Below, one piece after another: positions 38,748-48,225 of a DNA stretch of 53,024 nucleotides. How positions within the stretch are numbered: position 1 is the first letter of the stretch; each line of letters opens with the position of its first letter. This DNA comes from Clostridia bacterium (GTDB taxonomy: Bacteria > Bacillota > Clostridia > Christensenellales > UBA1242). Made by a program: the position numbers and the translations under genes. The stretch is from contig JAGBBH010000077.1 in NCBI GenBank assembly GCA_017938505.1, positions 1 through 53,024 on the forward strand, given 5' to 3'. The notes under the pieces were generated by a model that saw nothing but the letters and a program-made list of their open reading frames with translations, did no database searches and was not told where the DNA came from.

Positions 38748-39470
38748 ATGATTGTTGAAAGTTTTTCTTATTTTTTTAGTAGGATATGTCTTTTTAGTAA
38801 TTTTGTAAGCACTGCGCAAGGGTTTCCCAAACCACTATCTGCAGAAGAAGAAAGAAAAGAGTTTGCGAAAATGAAAAAAGGTGATGAAAAAGCGAGAGAA
38901 AGACTGATTAGCCACAACTTGCGGCTTGTAGTTCATATTGTTAAAAGATATACAAACTCAATGGAGGCAGATGATTTGCTGTCCGTTGGAACCATTGGAC
39001 TTATGAAAGCAATCGACTCATTTGATTATGACAAAAAGGTTCAGCTTTCAACTTATGCGGCAAGGTGTATTAATAACGAAATTTTAATGCTTATTCGTTC
39101 CAACAAAAAACACAAAAATGTCGTTTCTCTGAACACTCTTATGACCAATTCTGATGATGACAAAGATTTGGAATTGCAAGACCTTTTGTCGTCTGACGAA
39201 GAAGAGTTTTTTGTGCAAGTTGACAACAACATAACAATGGAAAAGGTTAAGCGTATTATTGAAAGAAAACTTGATGCAAGAGAAAAACTTATTATCAAAC
39301 TTCGTTATGGCCTTGGCGAAGAAAAAGCATTGACACAAAAAGAGGTTGCAGAGAGATTGGGAATTTCTCGTTCCTATATTTCTCGTATTGAAACAAAAAC
39401 TTTGAAAACCATTAGAGATGAATTCCAAAAAAGCACAGAGAGGGGAATTGAAAATACCAAAAAAATTTAA
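38748..39470 (+). CDS. Sporulation-type sigma-70 family factor (SigE/SigK-like, with a pro-sequence-like N-terminus)
   Basis: PKPLSAEEE...GDEKARERLISHNLRLVVHIVKRY...DLLSVGTIGLMKAIDSF...STYAARCINNEILM closely follows the SigE/SigK pattern. About 35 extra hydrophobic N-terminal residues. Confidence 0.85.
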   Translation: MIVESFSYFFSRICLFSNFVSTAQGFPKPLSAEEERKEFAKMKKGDEKARERLISHNLRLVVHIVKRYTNSMEADDLLSVGTIGLMKAIDSFDYDKKVQLSTYAARCINNEILMLIRSNKKHKNVVSLNTLMTNSDDDKDLELQDLLSSDEEEFFVQVDNNITMEKVKRIIERKLDAREKLIIKLRYGLGEEKALTQKEVAERLGISRSYISRIETKTLKTIRDEFQKSTERGIENTKKI

Positions 39471-39590
39471 TTTTTTTAATCAAAATGCTTGACAGGTTTT
39501 TCATTTGATTTTATTATTATAATATATATTCAATTATAACTTTTTTTGTCTTTTTTGATTATTTTTTTGCTTGCAAAGAGGAGGCTGCCT

Positions 39591-40949
39591 ATGGAAAAAT
39601 CTGAGTTTATAAACCTTGTTGAAAGACTTATTATTCCGCTTTTTACCGGGGCGTATTTGGCGGGGGAAACGGAGTCGTCTCAAAGAGATATGGAAGTTGC
39701 TTTGGGCAAAAGCAATTCTGTTTTGTTGAAACCTACAAAACTTGATGATTATCGTATTGTTTTGCAACGAAGCCAGGCTTTTAAGTCTTTTGAAGTCAGC
39801 CTTATTCGTGCCATAATTCACGAAATTAACGAAATTTCAAGTCTTGATATTTATGATAAAAACTATGAGAGAAAACTTCAGCAAATGGCAATTGAAAAAG
39901 CGCTTGTTGAAAGCTTGACTGAAACGGGAAGTGAAACAATTTTGGGCATCATTAATGCTCTCTCAAAATGGGCATCAAGAACTTATGAGGGGTCAACGGT
40001 TAGACTTGGGATTCTCGTAAATTTAGGTGGACACGCTGATGAAAACAATTTGGTGCATTATACGGACATTATAAACAGCGATTTCTTTGCTTTGTTTACT
40101 GATGGTCTTTCTTCTTTTGTTGAATTTGACAAAGAGGGAAATTTGATGGGGTATAGCAACATTAAAAACCCAAAATCTGTTCCAACAATTTCTCCTTATG
40201 TTTTTGAAAAAGTTGCAAGAATTTGCAATGATAAAAGAGTCGGCATTGTTTTGACAGAAGAAGGCGATATTTTGATTTTTTATGCAAGACAACTTATTTT
40301 TGCAAAGAGAAATGGCCACTGGTGTGTTTATTCTCACGAAGAAGTTATTAGACTTCTCTACAATAATGTGTCTTATACGGCAAAACAGATTCGTAGAGCA
40401 ATTTATAACACTGCACTCGACTGCTCTTTTGCTTATAAAGGTGCTTGCTTGGCATATATTAACAAAGATAAAACAATCGAAGCGTTGAATCATATTGATG
40501 CTGGGGATATTATTTCTGAAGAACATTTTAATATGAAAAAACAACTTGAACTTAATGAGGCCGAAATGCTTTATAATATGGGTAACGCAAAAAAAATTAT
40601 TGACAAGTTCAGCCTTTCTTATGATGATTTTTTGAGTATGAACAAACATACGAAAACTATGGCAATTCGCAATATGGTTGCAGGAAAAAAGTTGTTTGAA
40701 CTTGACAGAAAGATGATTGAAGAAATGACTTCTGTCGATGGGGCAACAATCGTTGACTACGACGGAACAATTATTGCTGTTGGGGCAATTATTAAAATTG
40801 AAGCAGGAAGTCAAGGTGGTGGAAGACTTGCAGCAACAACCACTATGGCAAAATATGGTGTTGCGATTAAGGTTTCTCAAGATGGCATTATGCAAGGTTT
40901 TAGTGTCGATAAACACGGAAAAGTTAAACAAATTTTCTATGTGGGATAA
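39591..40949 (+). CDS. Divergent DisA_N (diadenylate cyclase-like) domain protein with a large N-terminal sensor-like region
   Basis: Start at ATG 39591 after GAGGAGG. The C-terminus DGATIVDYDGTIIAVGAII...GGGRLAATTTMAKYGVAIKVSQDGIMQGF parallels the DAC pattern DGA...GTRHRAA...VSEETG, but the RHR is replaced. Confidence 0.45.
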   Translation: MEKSEFINLVERLIIPLFTGAYLAGETESSQRDMEVALGKSNSVLLKPTKLDDYRIVLQRSQAFKSFEVSLIRAIIHEINEISSLDIYDKNYERKLQQMAIEKALVESLTETGSETILGIINALSKWASRTYEGSTVRLGILVNLGGHADENNLVHYTDIINSDFFALFTDGLSSFVEFDKEGNLMGYSNIKNPKSVPTISPYVFEKVARICNDKRVGIVLTEEGDILIFYARQLIFAKRNGHWCVYSHEEVIRLLYNNVSYTAKQIRRAIYNTALDCSFAYKGACLAYINKDKTIEALNHIDAGDIISEEHFNMKKQLELNEAEMLYNMGNAKKIIDKFSLSYDDFLSMNKHTKTMAIRNMVAGKKLFELDRKMIEEMTSVDGATIVDYDGTIIAVGAIIKIEAGSQGGGRLAATTTMAKYGVAIKVSQDGIMQGFSVDKHGKVKQIFYVG

Positions 40950-41031
40950 ATTTCAAATTCTTTTATTGTTTTTGTTTGTGATTTTCAAGACTTCTCACAA
41001 CTAGTTGAGAGGTCTTTTGTTGGGGAGATTT

Positions 41032-41466
41032 ATGGTAAGAAAGGCAAATGTTAAAGACTTGGACAAGATTGCTTTGCTTTCGCAAAAGGTCTATTCTGAA
41101 CCAAATATTGAAGTGTTGAAGAAAGAGTTTTTAGACTATTTGCAAGAAGAAAATAACCTTGTCCTTTTATCGGAAATTAATGGAGAAAGTGTGGGATTTG
41201 CGCACATAACAATTAGGCACGACTATGTTGAGGGGTGCGACACATTTAATGTGGCATATTTGGAAGGAATATATGTTGAAAAAACTTTTCGAGGACGGGG
41301 AATTGCAAGAGAATTTGTGAACTTTGCTGTTGATTGGGCAAAGAAAAAAGGTTGCAATGAATTTGCAAGTGATTGCCAATTGACAAACTCGGAAAGCATT
41401 GAATTTCACAAGGCGATAGGATTTGAAGAAGTTGGTCGGATTGTTTGTTTTAAGCGAACAATTTAG
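41032..41466 (+). CDS. GNAT acetyltransferase, aminoglycoside 6'-N-acetyltransferase-like
   Basis: ATG after GGGGAG. Motifs YLEGIYVEKTFRGRGIAREF and EFASDCQLTNSESIEFHKAIGFEE resemble the AAC(6')-I family. Confidence 0.65.
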   Translation: MVRKANVKDLDKIALLSQKVYSEPNIEVLKKEFLDYLQEENNLVLLSEINGESVGFAHITIRHDYVEGCDTFNVAYLEGIYVEKTFRGRGIAREFVNFAVDWAKKKGCNEFASDCQLTNSESIEFHKAIGFEEVGRIVCFKRTI

Positions 41467-41489
41467 AACCATTAAAAAGGAATTTAAAA

Positions 41490-42746
41490 ATGAAAAGATT
41501 GTTGAGAATTGGAAGTGGGTTGTTTGTCTATTCAATAATTCCAATCCTGTCTTGGATTGTTCTTTCTCAAGTGGTTGGCGATAGTCGAATATCAAATGTA
41601 TTTTCTATTACTTATGCATTACAGTTTGTTTGGACCATTTTAAAATTGTTCTTTGGGTCGGGTGCAAACATTAGAAAAGAGAAAGAAAAAGATGAAAACG
41701 CAGTTCTAAACGGAATGTTTTGGGGAACTATTTTTTCTGCGTTAATTTTTTCCATTCCATTAGTTTTTGTTGATAAATATATTGCTTTTTTTGGGCAAGA
41801 TGCTGAATTTTATCGCATTTATGTTATTTTTGGAGTTGCGTTATTGTTTTTGCAAGTGGCATTTTCTTTTGTTATTGAAAAACTATATTTTGAAGACAAG
41901 GAAAAACTTGCAAATATTCACTTATTTGTGTTCAATATTACAAATTTCGTTGTTTTGATTTTTCTTGTTTGGCTCATTAAAATTACTTGGCTCGCACTTT
42001 TGATAACCTTGGCAGTTTTGCTTGTTTATGTCATAGTTTTATATATATGGCAGTTTAGAAAATTTAAAATTGACTTCAAATTTTTCAAAAATTTCAAATA
42101 TGAGTCAGCAAACATATTTTCAGCATTATTTTCTTTTTGTATCTTTTTGTTTGCATATAAATATGTCTTTTCTGCAGGAGAAGAATATTTAGTTGCTCTC
42201 AATCTTGTTTCATTATGCACGGACACTCAATGGGACTGTTTGGGGGCAATTTCAACTGTTGCAAAAGTTGACATTTCTAAGAACAGGTTTGATTATAAAC
42301 AGGAATTAAAAAATTCATATATTTTTTCAGCAATTATAATGTTGTCGAGCATTGTTATGACTTTTGGTCTGTTTAGCGTCTATAATGCAAATCTTTTATT
42401 GGTTGTCATATTTTTGTTGTTTGAACTTTTAGATATGGTTTTATGGACTTATGTAGCTTCGATGACCGTGGTTGTTCAATTGGAATATTCCGCTGTTCTA
42501 AATACGGGACTATGTTTGGGGTGCAAGGCAATTAGAACCATTCTATCTCTTGTTCTTATGACTGCATTTTGCACAGTTATTGGTCAAGTTGTTGAAACTG
42601 TTTTGTTGTTTGTTGTTTTGTTGACTATTCGTTTTGTTAAATTTAGATTGGTTGGTGGAAAACTAAAAAATAAAAACCTAAATGTTGATGATTGGGTTGT
42701 TAAAAGATTTAAAGATTATTGTCGAGAAGAATTCTTCTCAAATTAA
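41490..42746 (+). CDS. Polytopic membrane protein (about 10-12 TM; possible MOP/flippase-like transporter)
   Basis: Hydrophobic throughout. No diagnostic motif. Confidence 0.5.
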   Translation: MKRLLRIGSGLFVYSIIPILSWIVLSQVVGDSRISNVFSITYALQFVWTILKLFFGSGANIRKEKEKDENAVLNGMFWGTIFSALIFSIPLVFVDKYIAFFGQDAEFYRIYVIFGVALLFLQVAFSFVIEKLYFEDKEKLANIHLFVFNITNFVVLIFLVWLIKITWLALLITLAVLLVYVIVLYIWQFRKFKIDFKFFKNFKYESANIFSALFSFCIFLFAYKYVFSAGEEYLVALNLVSLCTDTQWDCLGAISTVAKVDISKNRFDYKQELKNSYIFSAIIMLSSIVMTFGLFSVYNANLLLVVIFLLFELLDMVLWTYVASMTVVVQLEYSAVLNTGLCLGCKAIRTILSLVLMTAFCTVIGQVVETVLLFVVLLTIRFVKFRLVGGKLKNKNLNVDDWVVKRFKDYCREEFFSN

Positions 42747-42801
42747 TTGACATATATTTTTTCTGCTTGACTTCGAGTTTCTTTTGTGATAGAATCTAAA
42801 A

Positions 42802-43148
42802 GACAGTTGGGCAGATGGTCGCTGTGTGTTCGTAATGGACACAGAGAGGAAAGTCCGAGCATCAAAAGAACAAGGTGCCAGTTAACGGCTGGTGGAGGCG
42901 ACTCTAAGGATAGTGCAACAGAAATAGACTTCCATATTTTAAATATGGTAAAGGTGGAAAGGTAGGGTAAGAGCCTACCGGGTGATTGGCAACAATCATT
43001 GCTCTGTAAACCCCACTTGATGCAAGATTAAGTTTAGGCAAATGTGTGTTCTTTCACGCCTAACAAAAATATCGCTTGAACTTGTTGGCGACAACAAGTC
43101 TGGAAAGATGACCGTCTAATACAGAACTCGGCTTATAGCCCAAGTGTC
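42802..43148 (+). ncRNA. rnpB: RNase P RNA, bacterial type A-like
   Basis: Conserved GAGGAAAGTCCG, GGTGCCAGTTAACGGCTGG, AGTGCAACAGAAA, GGTAAGAGCCTACC and ACAGAACTCGGCTTATAG. P1 pairs ACAGTTGGGC with GCCCAAGTGT. Colinear with my recollection of the E. coli type A RNA. Confidence 0.85.
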
Positions 43149-43154
43149 AAAATT

Positions 43155-43178
43155 ACCACTTTTAGAGTGGTTTTTTTT
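43155..43178 (+). terminator. Terminator after rnpB
   Basis: ACCACT-TTTAG-AGTGGT followed by T8. Confidence 0.6.
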
Positions 43179-43286
43179 ATTGTTTATTATATATTATAAT
43201 TTTTAAAAACATTTGAAAATTCTGTAAAATTATTTGGAAAAATGATGTTTTTTGTATATAATAAAAAAGAAAAAGACAACTGATTT

Positions 43287-46200
43287 GTGCTGGAATTGAA
43301 ACAAAAAATTAATTTAAAGGAAAAAGCGTTGATAAGGAAATATTTTTTTGGATTTTTGATAGCAATTTTGGCAATAACCTCACTGTGCGTGGGGGTGGGT
43401 ATTTGCGGTTGCCTCCCTAACTCTCAAAAGGTCTATGCAGATAGTGAAATAAGTGCAAATTCTACCTCTAGCGGGCGATTTGAACTTAAATATGATAGCA
43501 TAAAGCAATATTTCTATTTTGAAGATGGATATTATCCGCAAAGTTATGTTGGAAATTCGTTGAACGCAACATTAAACTCTGCAGGACTTTCTGTGCAATA
43601 TTCTTTGACTGTTGCTGGAAATTTGTGTGGAGTATATACATATAACAATGAAGAATATTTAAAACTGACAGCGCCAAAGAGTGTTTCTGTTTCATTGGAC
43701 GGAACGAGTGTAAATTTTGTTGCTGGCAGTTTTTATTGGTTTAAGTTGGAGCCAATTCGCTGGAGAGTGAGTGATTTTGGAGTGGCACAAAGCAGTAAAC
43801 CTGCAGAATTTGTTAATATTTCTGAAGAATTTGCAAAAAAAGCAGTTAGTGATTTGGTTTTGGATTGGGGATCAATAACTGAAGGTTCAGTTTCAGAACG
43901 ATGGTTTTATACATCGAGTGCGATTTATTCTCAATTTGAATCAAATTTTTCTACAATGAGTAATGAAAGCAGTTTGAGTGGTTTGCAATTTGCAACAGAA
44001 GGAAGTTATGTGTTTGACTATTTTAATTCTTCACATATTAATGTTCCTGTGAACACTCAAACGAGGACCCTCATTGGAGTCTATCAAGTTTCGCAAGATG
44101 AATTAAATGAGAATTTTACAAACCAATGTGCTTTTGCGAGTGATTTAGTATGTATGTTATCCGGAATTTCAGACACGCAATTTTGCAATTATTGGACAAG
44201 GAACTTGTTTAACTTGAACAATGGGATTTACATTACTGATACGGGAATTTCAAGAAATCGCTATATGACATCTAACTGTGGCATAAGACTTTGTTATTCT
44301 GCTCTTGTTCCTGTTGGTGATGCGACACTAAAAATAGGAACAGAATTGAATGCTATTATGAAGAATGCTTCTGATTATTCAACTGAAGACACAACTGTCA
44401 AAAAAATTATTTTTGATTATTTTACGAATGGGACAGTTGGTAATTATGTTGTCAATGGAACTAATGTAATATCTGGAAAGTCTGGAAAAAGTTGTGGAGC
44501 AACTTCAGGTCAAATTTATTGCTATGGCAGAGGAACAGAAACTGTTTATGTGCTTTCTAACGCATCTATTGTTATGCCAAGTGATGCGTCATACTGCTTT
44601 TACAATTTTAAATCTATAACAAGCATTGTTTTTAACAATTTTGACACTTCAAATACAACTGATATGGAATATATGTTTGGGTCGTGTGGATACAGTGCCA
44701 CTGATGTGTATTTAGATTTGTCGAGTTTGAATACGGCGAATGTTACGAACATGAGAAGAATGTTTGACTCTTGTGGACAATATGCAACAAACAGTGTGTC
44801 GTTAGACCTATCAAGTTTCAACACGGCAAAAGTAACCAATATGCAAGGAATGTTTCGCTGGTTTGCAATGTATTATAATAGTTGTGCACACCTTGACTTA
44901 TCCAACTTTAATATGAGTTCTGTTACGGATGTAGCAAATATGTTTTATCAGGCAGGAATGAAAGCTCTTGACATTTCATTTAACTTCTCGCGGCTGTCAA
45001 GTTTGGGCGGTATTTTTTATAATAATGCCGTGACCAGCATTAACTTTTTATCGGTTGATACATCTAATATTACAGATATATCAGGTATGTTTGTTGATTG
45101 TTATAATCTTACCTCAATAGACTTATCATCATTTGACACATCAAATGTAACTGATATGTCCTTCATATTTTGGAGTTGCGATAAACTTACATCAGTAGAT
45201 TTATCATCATTTGACACATCAAAGGTAACTGATATGTCAGGGATGTTTAAACAATGCCTCAACCTCGAATCAATAGATTTATCATCGTTTGACACGCGAA
45301 ATGTGGTAAATATGAGTGAAATGTTTTCCGGGGCACGTTATGAGATGAAACTTAAGACGATTATTGTTTCTAATTTGTGGTTGACCAATGCGGTTACATC
45401 TTCAACAGATATGTTTTATTGTTGTTATAATTTGATTGGAGGAAGTGGAACAACATATAATCGTAGTTACATAGATAAAACTTATGCCCGAATTGACTTT
45501 GGCGGAAGTCTGCCAGGTTATTTGACGGATATAAATGGAGATGAAGATGCTGTTTATTGGCAAGAAGGAGTTTTGTTTAACGAACTTGATGCAGGTAATT
45601 TTTCTGTAATGGAAAAGGTTGTTTTTGACTATTTCACTGATGGGGTAGTTGGAAGATATCTTGAGAGAGGTAATAATGTTCTCTCCAACTTTTCTAGATT
45701 GCAACTAGGGGAGATTTATGTTTATTACGACTATGGTGCTCAGTGTGTTGCATATGTGTTGTCTAACAATCCTATATATTTGCATCAAGGTACTAATTTG
45801 TTTAGCGGTCTAGGGAGTTTGAAAGAGCTTGTTTTAAACAATTTTGACACTTCAAAAGTTACAGACATGTCGTATATGTTTGGGGGGTGTTATCAAATAG
45901 AAGAATTGGACCTTTCTTGTTTCAACACGGCAAAAGTTGAGAACTTGAACCAATTCTTTATGGGGTGCTCCGAACTTAAAAGGGTTTATGTTTCGGATAC
46001 ATGGGTGCTTTCTGACGAAGCACAAAGTTCTGATGAAGTAACTTTGGATTGTAATGAATATTTGACAGGAGGGAAGGGTTCAAAAGCAATAGATTTAAGC
46101 GATTACGCTACTTATGCTAGGGTGGACGGTGGTTCCGAGGCTCCTGGTTATCTAACACATATTTCAGATAAAAACAAAGTATTCTTGAAAGATGGGTGGG

Positions 46201-46859
46201 ATGTAAATCCGCTTTTAACTAGTGCTGATTATGGAGCTGAGTATTATTATTTAACATTTGATTATTTTACAGACGGAATTGAGGGAAATTATGTTGTAAA
46301 CGGGGACAATGTTATAGCAAACATTACTCCGATTGATGCAGGACTTGTATCAGGCAAAATTTTTATTTATGGTGATGGTGGCAGTGGACATATTTATGTT
46401 CTTTCAAATTACGAAATGATGTTTCCTCAAGATGCAAGTGGAATGTTTTACGGTTTGGAGTATGTTAGGGAAATTTATTTGTTAAATCTAAATCCTTCTT
46501 GTGCAACAAATTTATGTCAATTGTTTATGTGTTGTTATAATCTTAACAAAATCTATGTTGAGAATGATTGGGTGTTGACAGAGGAAGCTTTGTATTCTGA
46601 TGAGGTTTTTTTTGACACAGGTGAAATCATTGGTGGTGCAGGAACAAGTTCTTGGGAATCGGGTGAAGAGTCTGCATTATATGCGAGAATAGACGGAGTT
46701 CAGGGGCCTGGTTATTTTACGCATATTAGTTCTAAGACAAATTCTGAGCTTAACGAACAAGAAAAAGTTCCTTTTGCATTGGGCTCATTGTTTTCAGGGG
46801 TGTTTGGAGGCATTGTTTTATTTTGTATTGCAAAAAAAAAGAAAGAAAATTGTTTTTAA
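43287..46859 (+). CDS. BspA-type leucine-rich-repeat surface protein with an N-terminal lectin-like module and a C-terminal TM anchor
   Basis: Many ~26-aa units of the form LxSIDLSSFDTSNVTDMSxMF. The C-terminal hydrophobic segment is followed by KKKKEN. Start is uncertain: GTG 43287, or in-frame TTG 43329 after AAAGGA giving MIRKYFFGFLIAILAITSLCVGVGICGC. Confidence 0.8.
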   Translation: MLELKQKINLKEKALIRKYFFGFLIAILAITSLCVGVGICGCLPNSQKVYADSEISANSTSSGRFELKYDSIKQYFYFEDGYYPQSYVGNSLNATLNSAGLSVQYSLTVAGNLCGVYTYNNEEYLKLTAPKSVSVSLDGTSVNFVAGSFYWFKLEPIRWRVSDFGVAQSSKPAEFVNISEEFAKKAVSDLVLDWGSITEGSVSERWFYTSSAIYSQFESNFSTMSNESSLSGLQFATEGSYVFDYFNSSHINVPVNTQTRTLIGVYQVSQDELNENFTNQCAFASDLVCMLSGISDTQFCNYWTRNLFNLNNGIYITDTGISRNRYMTSNCGIRLCYSALVPVGDATLKIGTELNAIMKNASDYSTEDTTVKKIIFDYFTNGTVGNYVVNGTNVISGKSGKSCGATSGQIYCYGRGTETVYVLSNASIVMPSDASYCFYNFKSITSIVFNNFDTSNTTDMEYMFGSCGYSATDVYLDLSSLNTANVTNMRRMFDSCGQYATNSVSLDLSSFNTAKVTNMQGMFRWFAMYYNSCAHLDLSNFNMSSVTDVANMFYQAGMKALDISFNFSRLSSLGGIFYNNAVTSINFLSVDTSNITDISGMFVDCYNLTSIDLSSFDTSNVTDMSFIFWSCDKLTSVDLSSFDTSKVTDMSGMFKQCLNLESIDLSSFDTRNVVNMSEMFSGARYEMKLKTIIVSNLWLTNAVTSSTDMFYCCYNLIGGSGTTYNRSYIDKTYARIDFGGSLPGYLTDINGDEDAVYWQEGVLFNELDAGNFSVMEKVVFDYFTDGVVGRYLERGNNVLSNFSRLQLGEIYVYYDYGAQCVAYVLSNNPIYLHQGTNLFSGLGSLKELVLNNFDTSKVTDMSYMFGGCYQIEELDLSCFNTAKVENLNQFFMGCSELKRVYVSDTWVLSDEAQSSDEVTLDCNEYLTGGKGSKAIDLSDYATYARVDGGSEAPGYLTHISDKNKVFLKDGWDVNPLLTSADYGAEYYYLTFDYFTDGIEGNYVVNGDNVIANITPIDAGLVSGKIFIYGDGGSGHIYVLSNYEMMFPQDASGMFYGLEYVREIYLLNLNPSCATNLCQLFMCCYNLNKIYVENDWVLTEEALYSDEVFFDTGEIIGGAGTSSWESGEESALYARIDGVQGPGYFTHISSKTNSELNEQEKVPFALGSLFSGVFGGIVLFCIAKKKKENCF
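45108..45341 (+). repeat. Three tandem 78-bp LRR-coding units with near-identical 5' halves
   Basis: Units start at 45108, 45186 and 45264. The first ~53 nt of units 1 and 2 differ at only about 4 positions. Confidence 0.8.
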
Positions 46860-46932
46860 AGAAAATCATAAAAGATAACGCATTAAAATGTGAGTGAGAA
46901 TATATTTGTTAATTTTAATGCACAATATTTGT

Positions 46933-47136
46933 ATGTATTTCAATTATCACGCAAAGATTAAAAGATTGATTGAGCAGGGGCATTGCGTTGGGTTTGAGAG
47001 GTTGGAGGAGTATCACAAAATTTCGCCATGCATTTTGATATATTTCGACAACAAAAAACCTATGCCCATTCGAGAGCATAGGTTTGAAGAATACTTGTTT
47101 CTTTTTGCAAAATTTGGAGTTAAAGAAATTTTATAA
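46933..47136 (+). CDS. Small conserved hypothetical protein (67 aa)
   Basis: Start taken at the internal ATG (MYFNYHAKIKRLI). No function assigned. Confidence 0.4.
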   Translation: MYFNYHAKIKRLIEQGHCVGFERLEEYHKISPCILIYFDNKKPMPIREHRFEEYLFLFAKFGVKEIL

Positions 47137-47336
47137 GAGAGTTGTATTTTAGGATTTTCAGATTTTTGTAATTTCCAAGAAAAAAAATATATTGTTGGAG
47201 TGTTGTTGTATGTAAAAGTGCCAGGTTTAAGGTATAATAATTTCTTGGTTATTTCACTTTTTTGATAAACATTGGAAATGATGATAAAAATAAAAAAAGA
47301 ATTTTAACTAATTCTTTTTTTTGTTTTTCAAATTAT

Positions 47337-48053
47337 TTATGATTTTTCTATTTTTTCAAGTGATGCTTTGTTTTTCTTTCTTCGTAGAAGCTCTACAATC
47401 AAAACGATAGTTCCATATATAAGGACATAAATTGGGGCCATAACCCATGCATTTAGGGGAGTGCCACTAAGAATGGGTGTTTTAATGTGAAAAGCATCTC
47501 CATATCCAAGAGCCCCAATAAGAAATGCTCCATAAGCAAAATAACTTGTAAAGCCAAAAAGGGTGCAATACCATTTTCTATATGAAATTTCAACTTGTTT
47601 GAAAATGAGAAGCATAATAACCATTACAATTGCAAGCGAGTGATGAAGCATTCCTGTAATTGTAGGTGGATAAAAGAAAGATGCGTTTTGTGGAAGAAAA
47701 TCAGGATATGCCATAGTAAGGACTCCACCAAGTAAGGCTAAAAACCATACAAAGTGATACACATTATTATTTTTCTTGCCAAATATAACTGACAATGATA
47801 AAACTAAACTACTCATGCCACAAAATTGGTTCGGGAGCATATGATGTCATTTTGGGTTAGAACTGCACAAAGTTATTGATAATCTATTTGCTAAAATGGA
47901 TAGAAGCAAAGCAACCCCAATTATTTTAATAAGAATATATTGAGTTCTCTCAGTTTTTGCAAATTTTTTTGCACAAATAAGACCAATAGTTGTAAGAGTT
48001 ATGAAAATTGCTAAATATACAAAATGTTGCCAGCCAAATATATTCATCGTCAA
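47337..48053 (-). pseudogene. YwaF/TIGR02206-like membrane protein interrupted by one in-frame TGA
   Basis: ORFs 47847-48053 and 47337-47840 are in the same frame. They are separated only by TGA (47849-47847) plus two His codons, reading ...SSNPK*HHMLPNQFC... Confidence 0.45.
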
Positions 48054-48225
48054 GTCTCCTTTATAATATAATTTAATGTGGTAGAAATATGCAAAGAAAG
48101 TTAGATTAAAGTTTTTTTGTAAGTTTGAAAAATAGAAAGATATATTTGATATTTTATTGTTTAGTTTAACGAAGTTTGTCGTTTAATCTATGTTAGTTTT
48201 TGTTTTGTCTAATAGTTTTTTTGTG

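Noticed and set aside
40023-40931. 302-aa minus-strand ORF opposite the DisA_N-like gene, and similar antisense ORFs (9559-10035, 21368-21838, 19332-19742, 25538-25876)
   Set aside because: Each is fully embedded antisense to a better-supported gene that has an RBS or conserved motifs. Their composition looks like shadow frames.
44600-45400. A CRISPR array, suggested by the regular repeats
   Set aside because: The repeats are 78-bp coding LRR units in one long ORF. The only other repeat is the 2 x 191 bp duplication. No short direct repeats with unique spacers, and no cas genes, are present anywhere in the window.
35089-46859. The two large surface-protein genes as additional (remote) VR targets of the prophage DGR
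   Set aside because: Their lectin-like modules resemble the target fold only at the protein-motif level. I find no nucleotide stretch matching the TR (for example CTGGTGGACTCGCAGTCCT occurs only at 6892 and 7492). Their C-terminal loops also lack the Asn/Tyr-rich AAY-derived composition.
47847-47849. An alternative genetic code (TGA as a sense codon) as explanation for the in-frame TGA
   Set aside because: TGA clearly terminates well-supported genes here: avd at 7466-7468, the TM2 gene at 17370-17372 overlapping the mnmA start, and rnc at 30139-30141. Long conserved genes such as smc, fhs and ackA are intact under the standard code.
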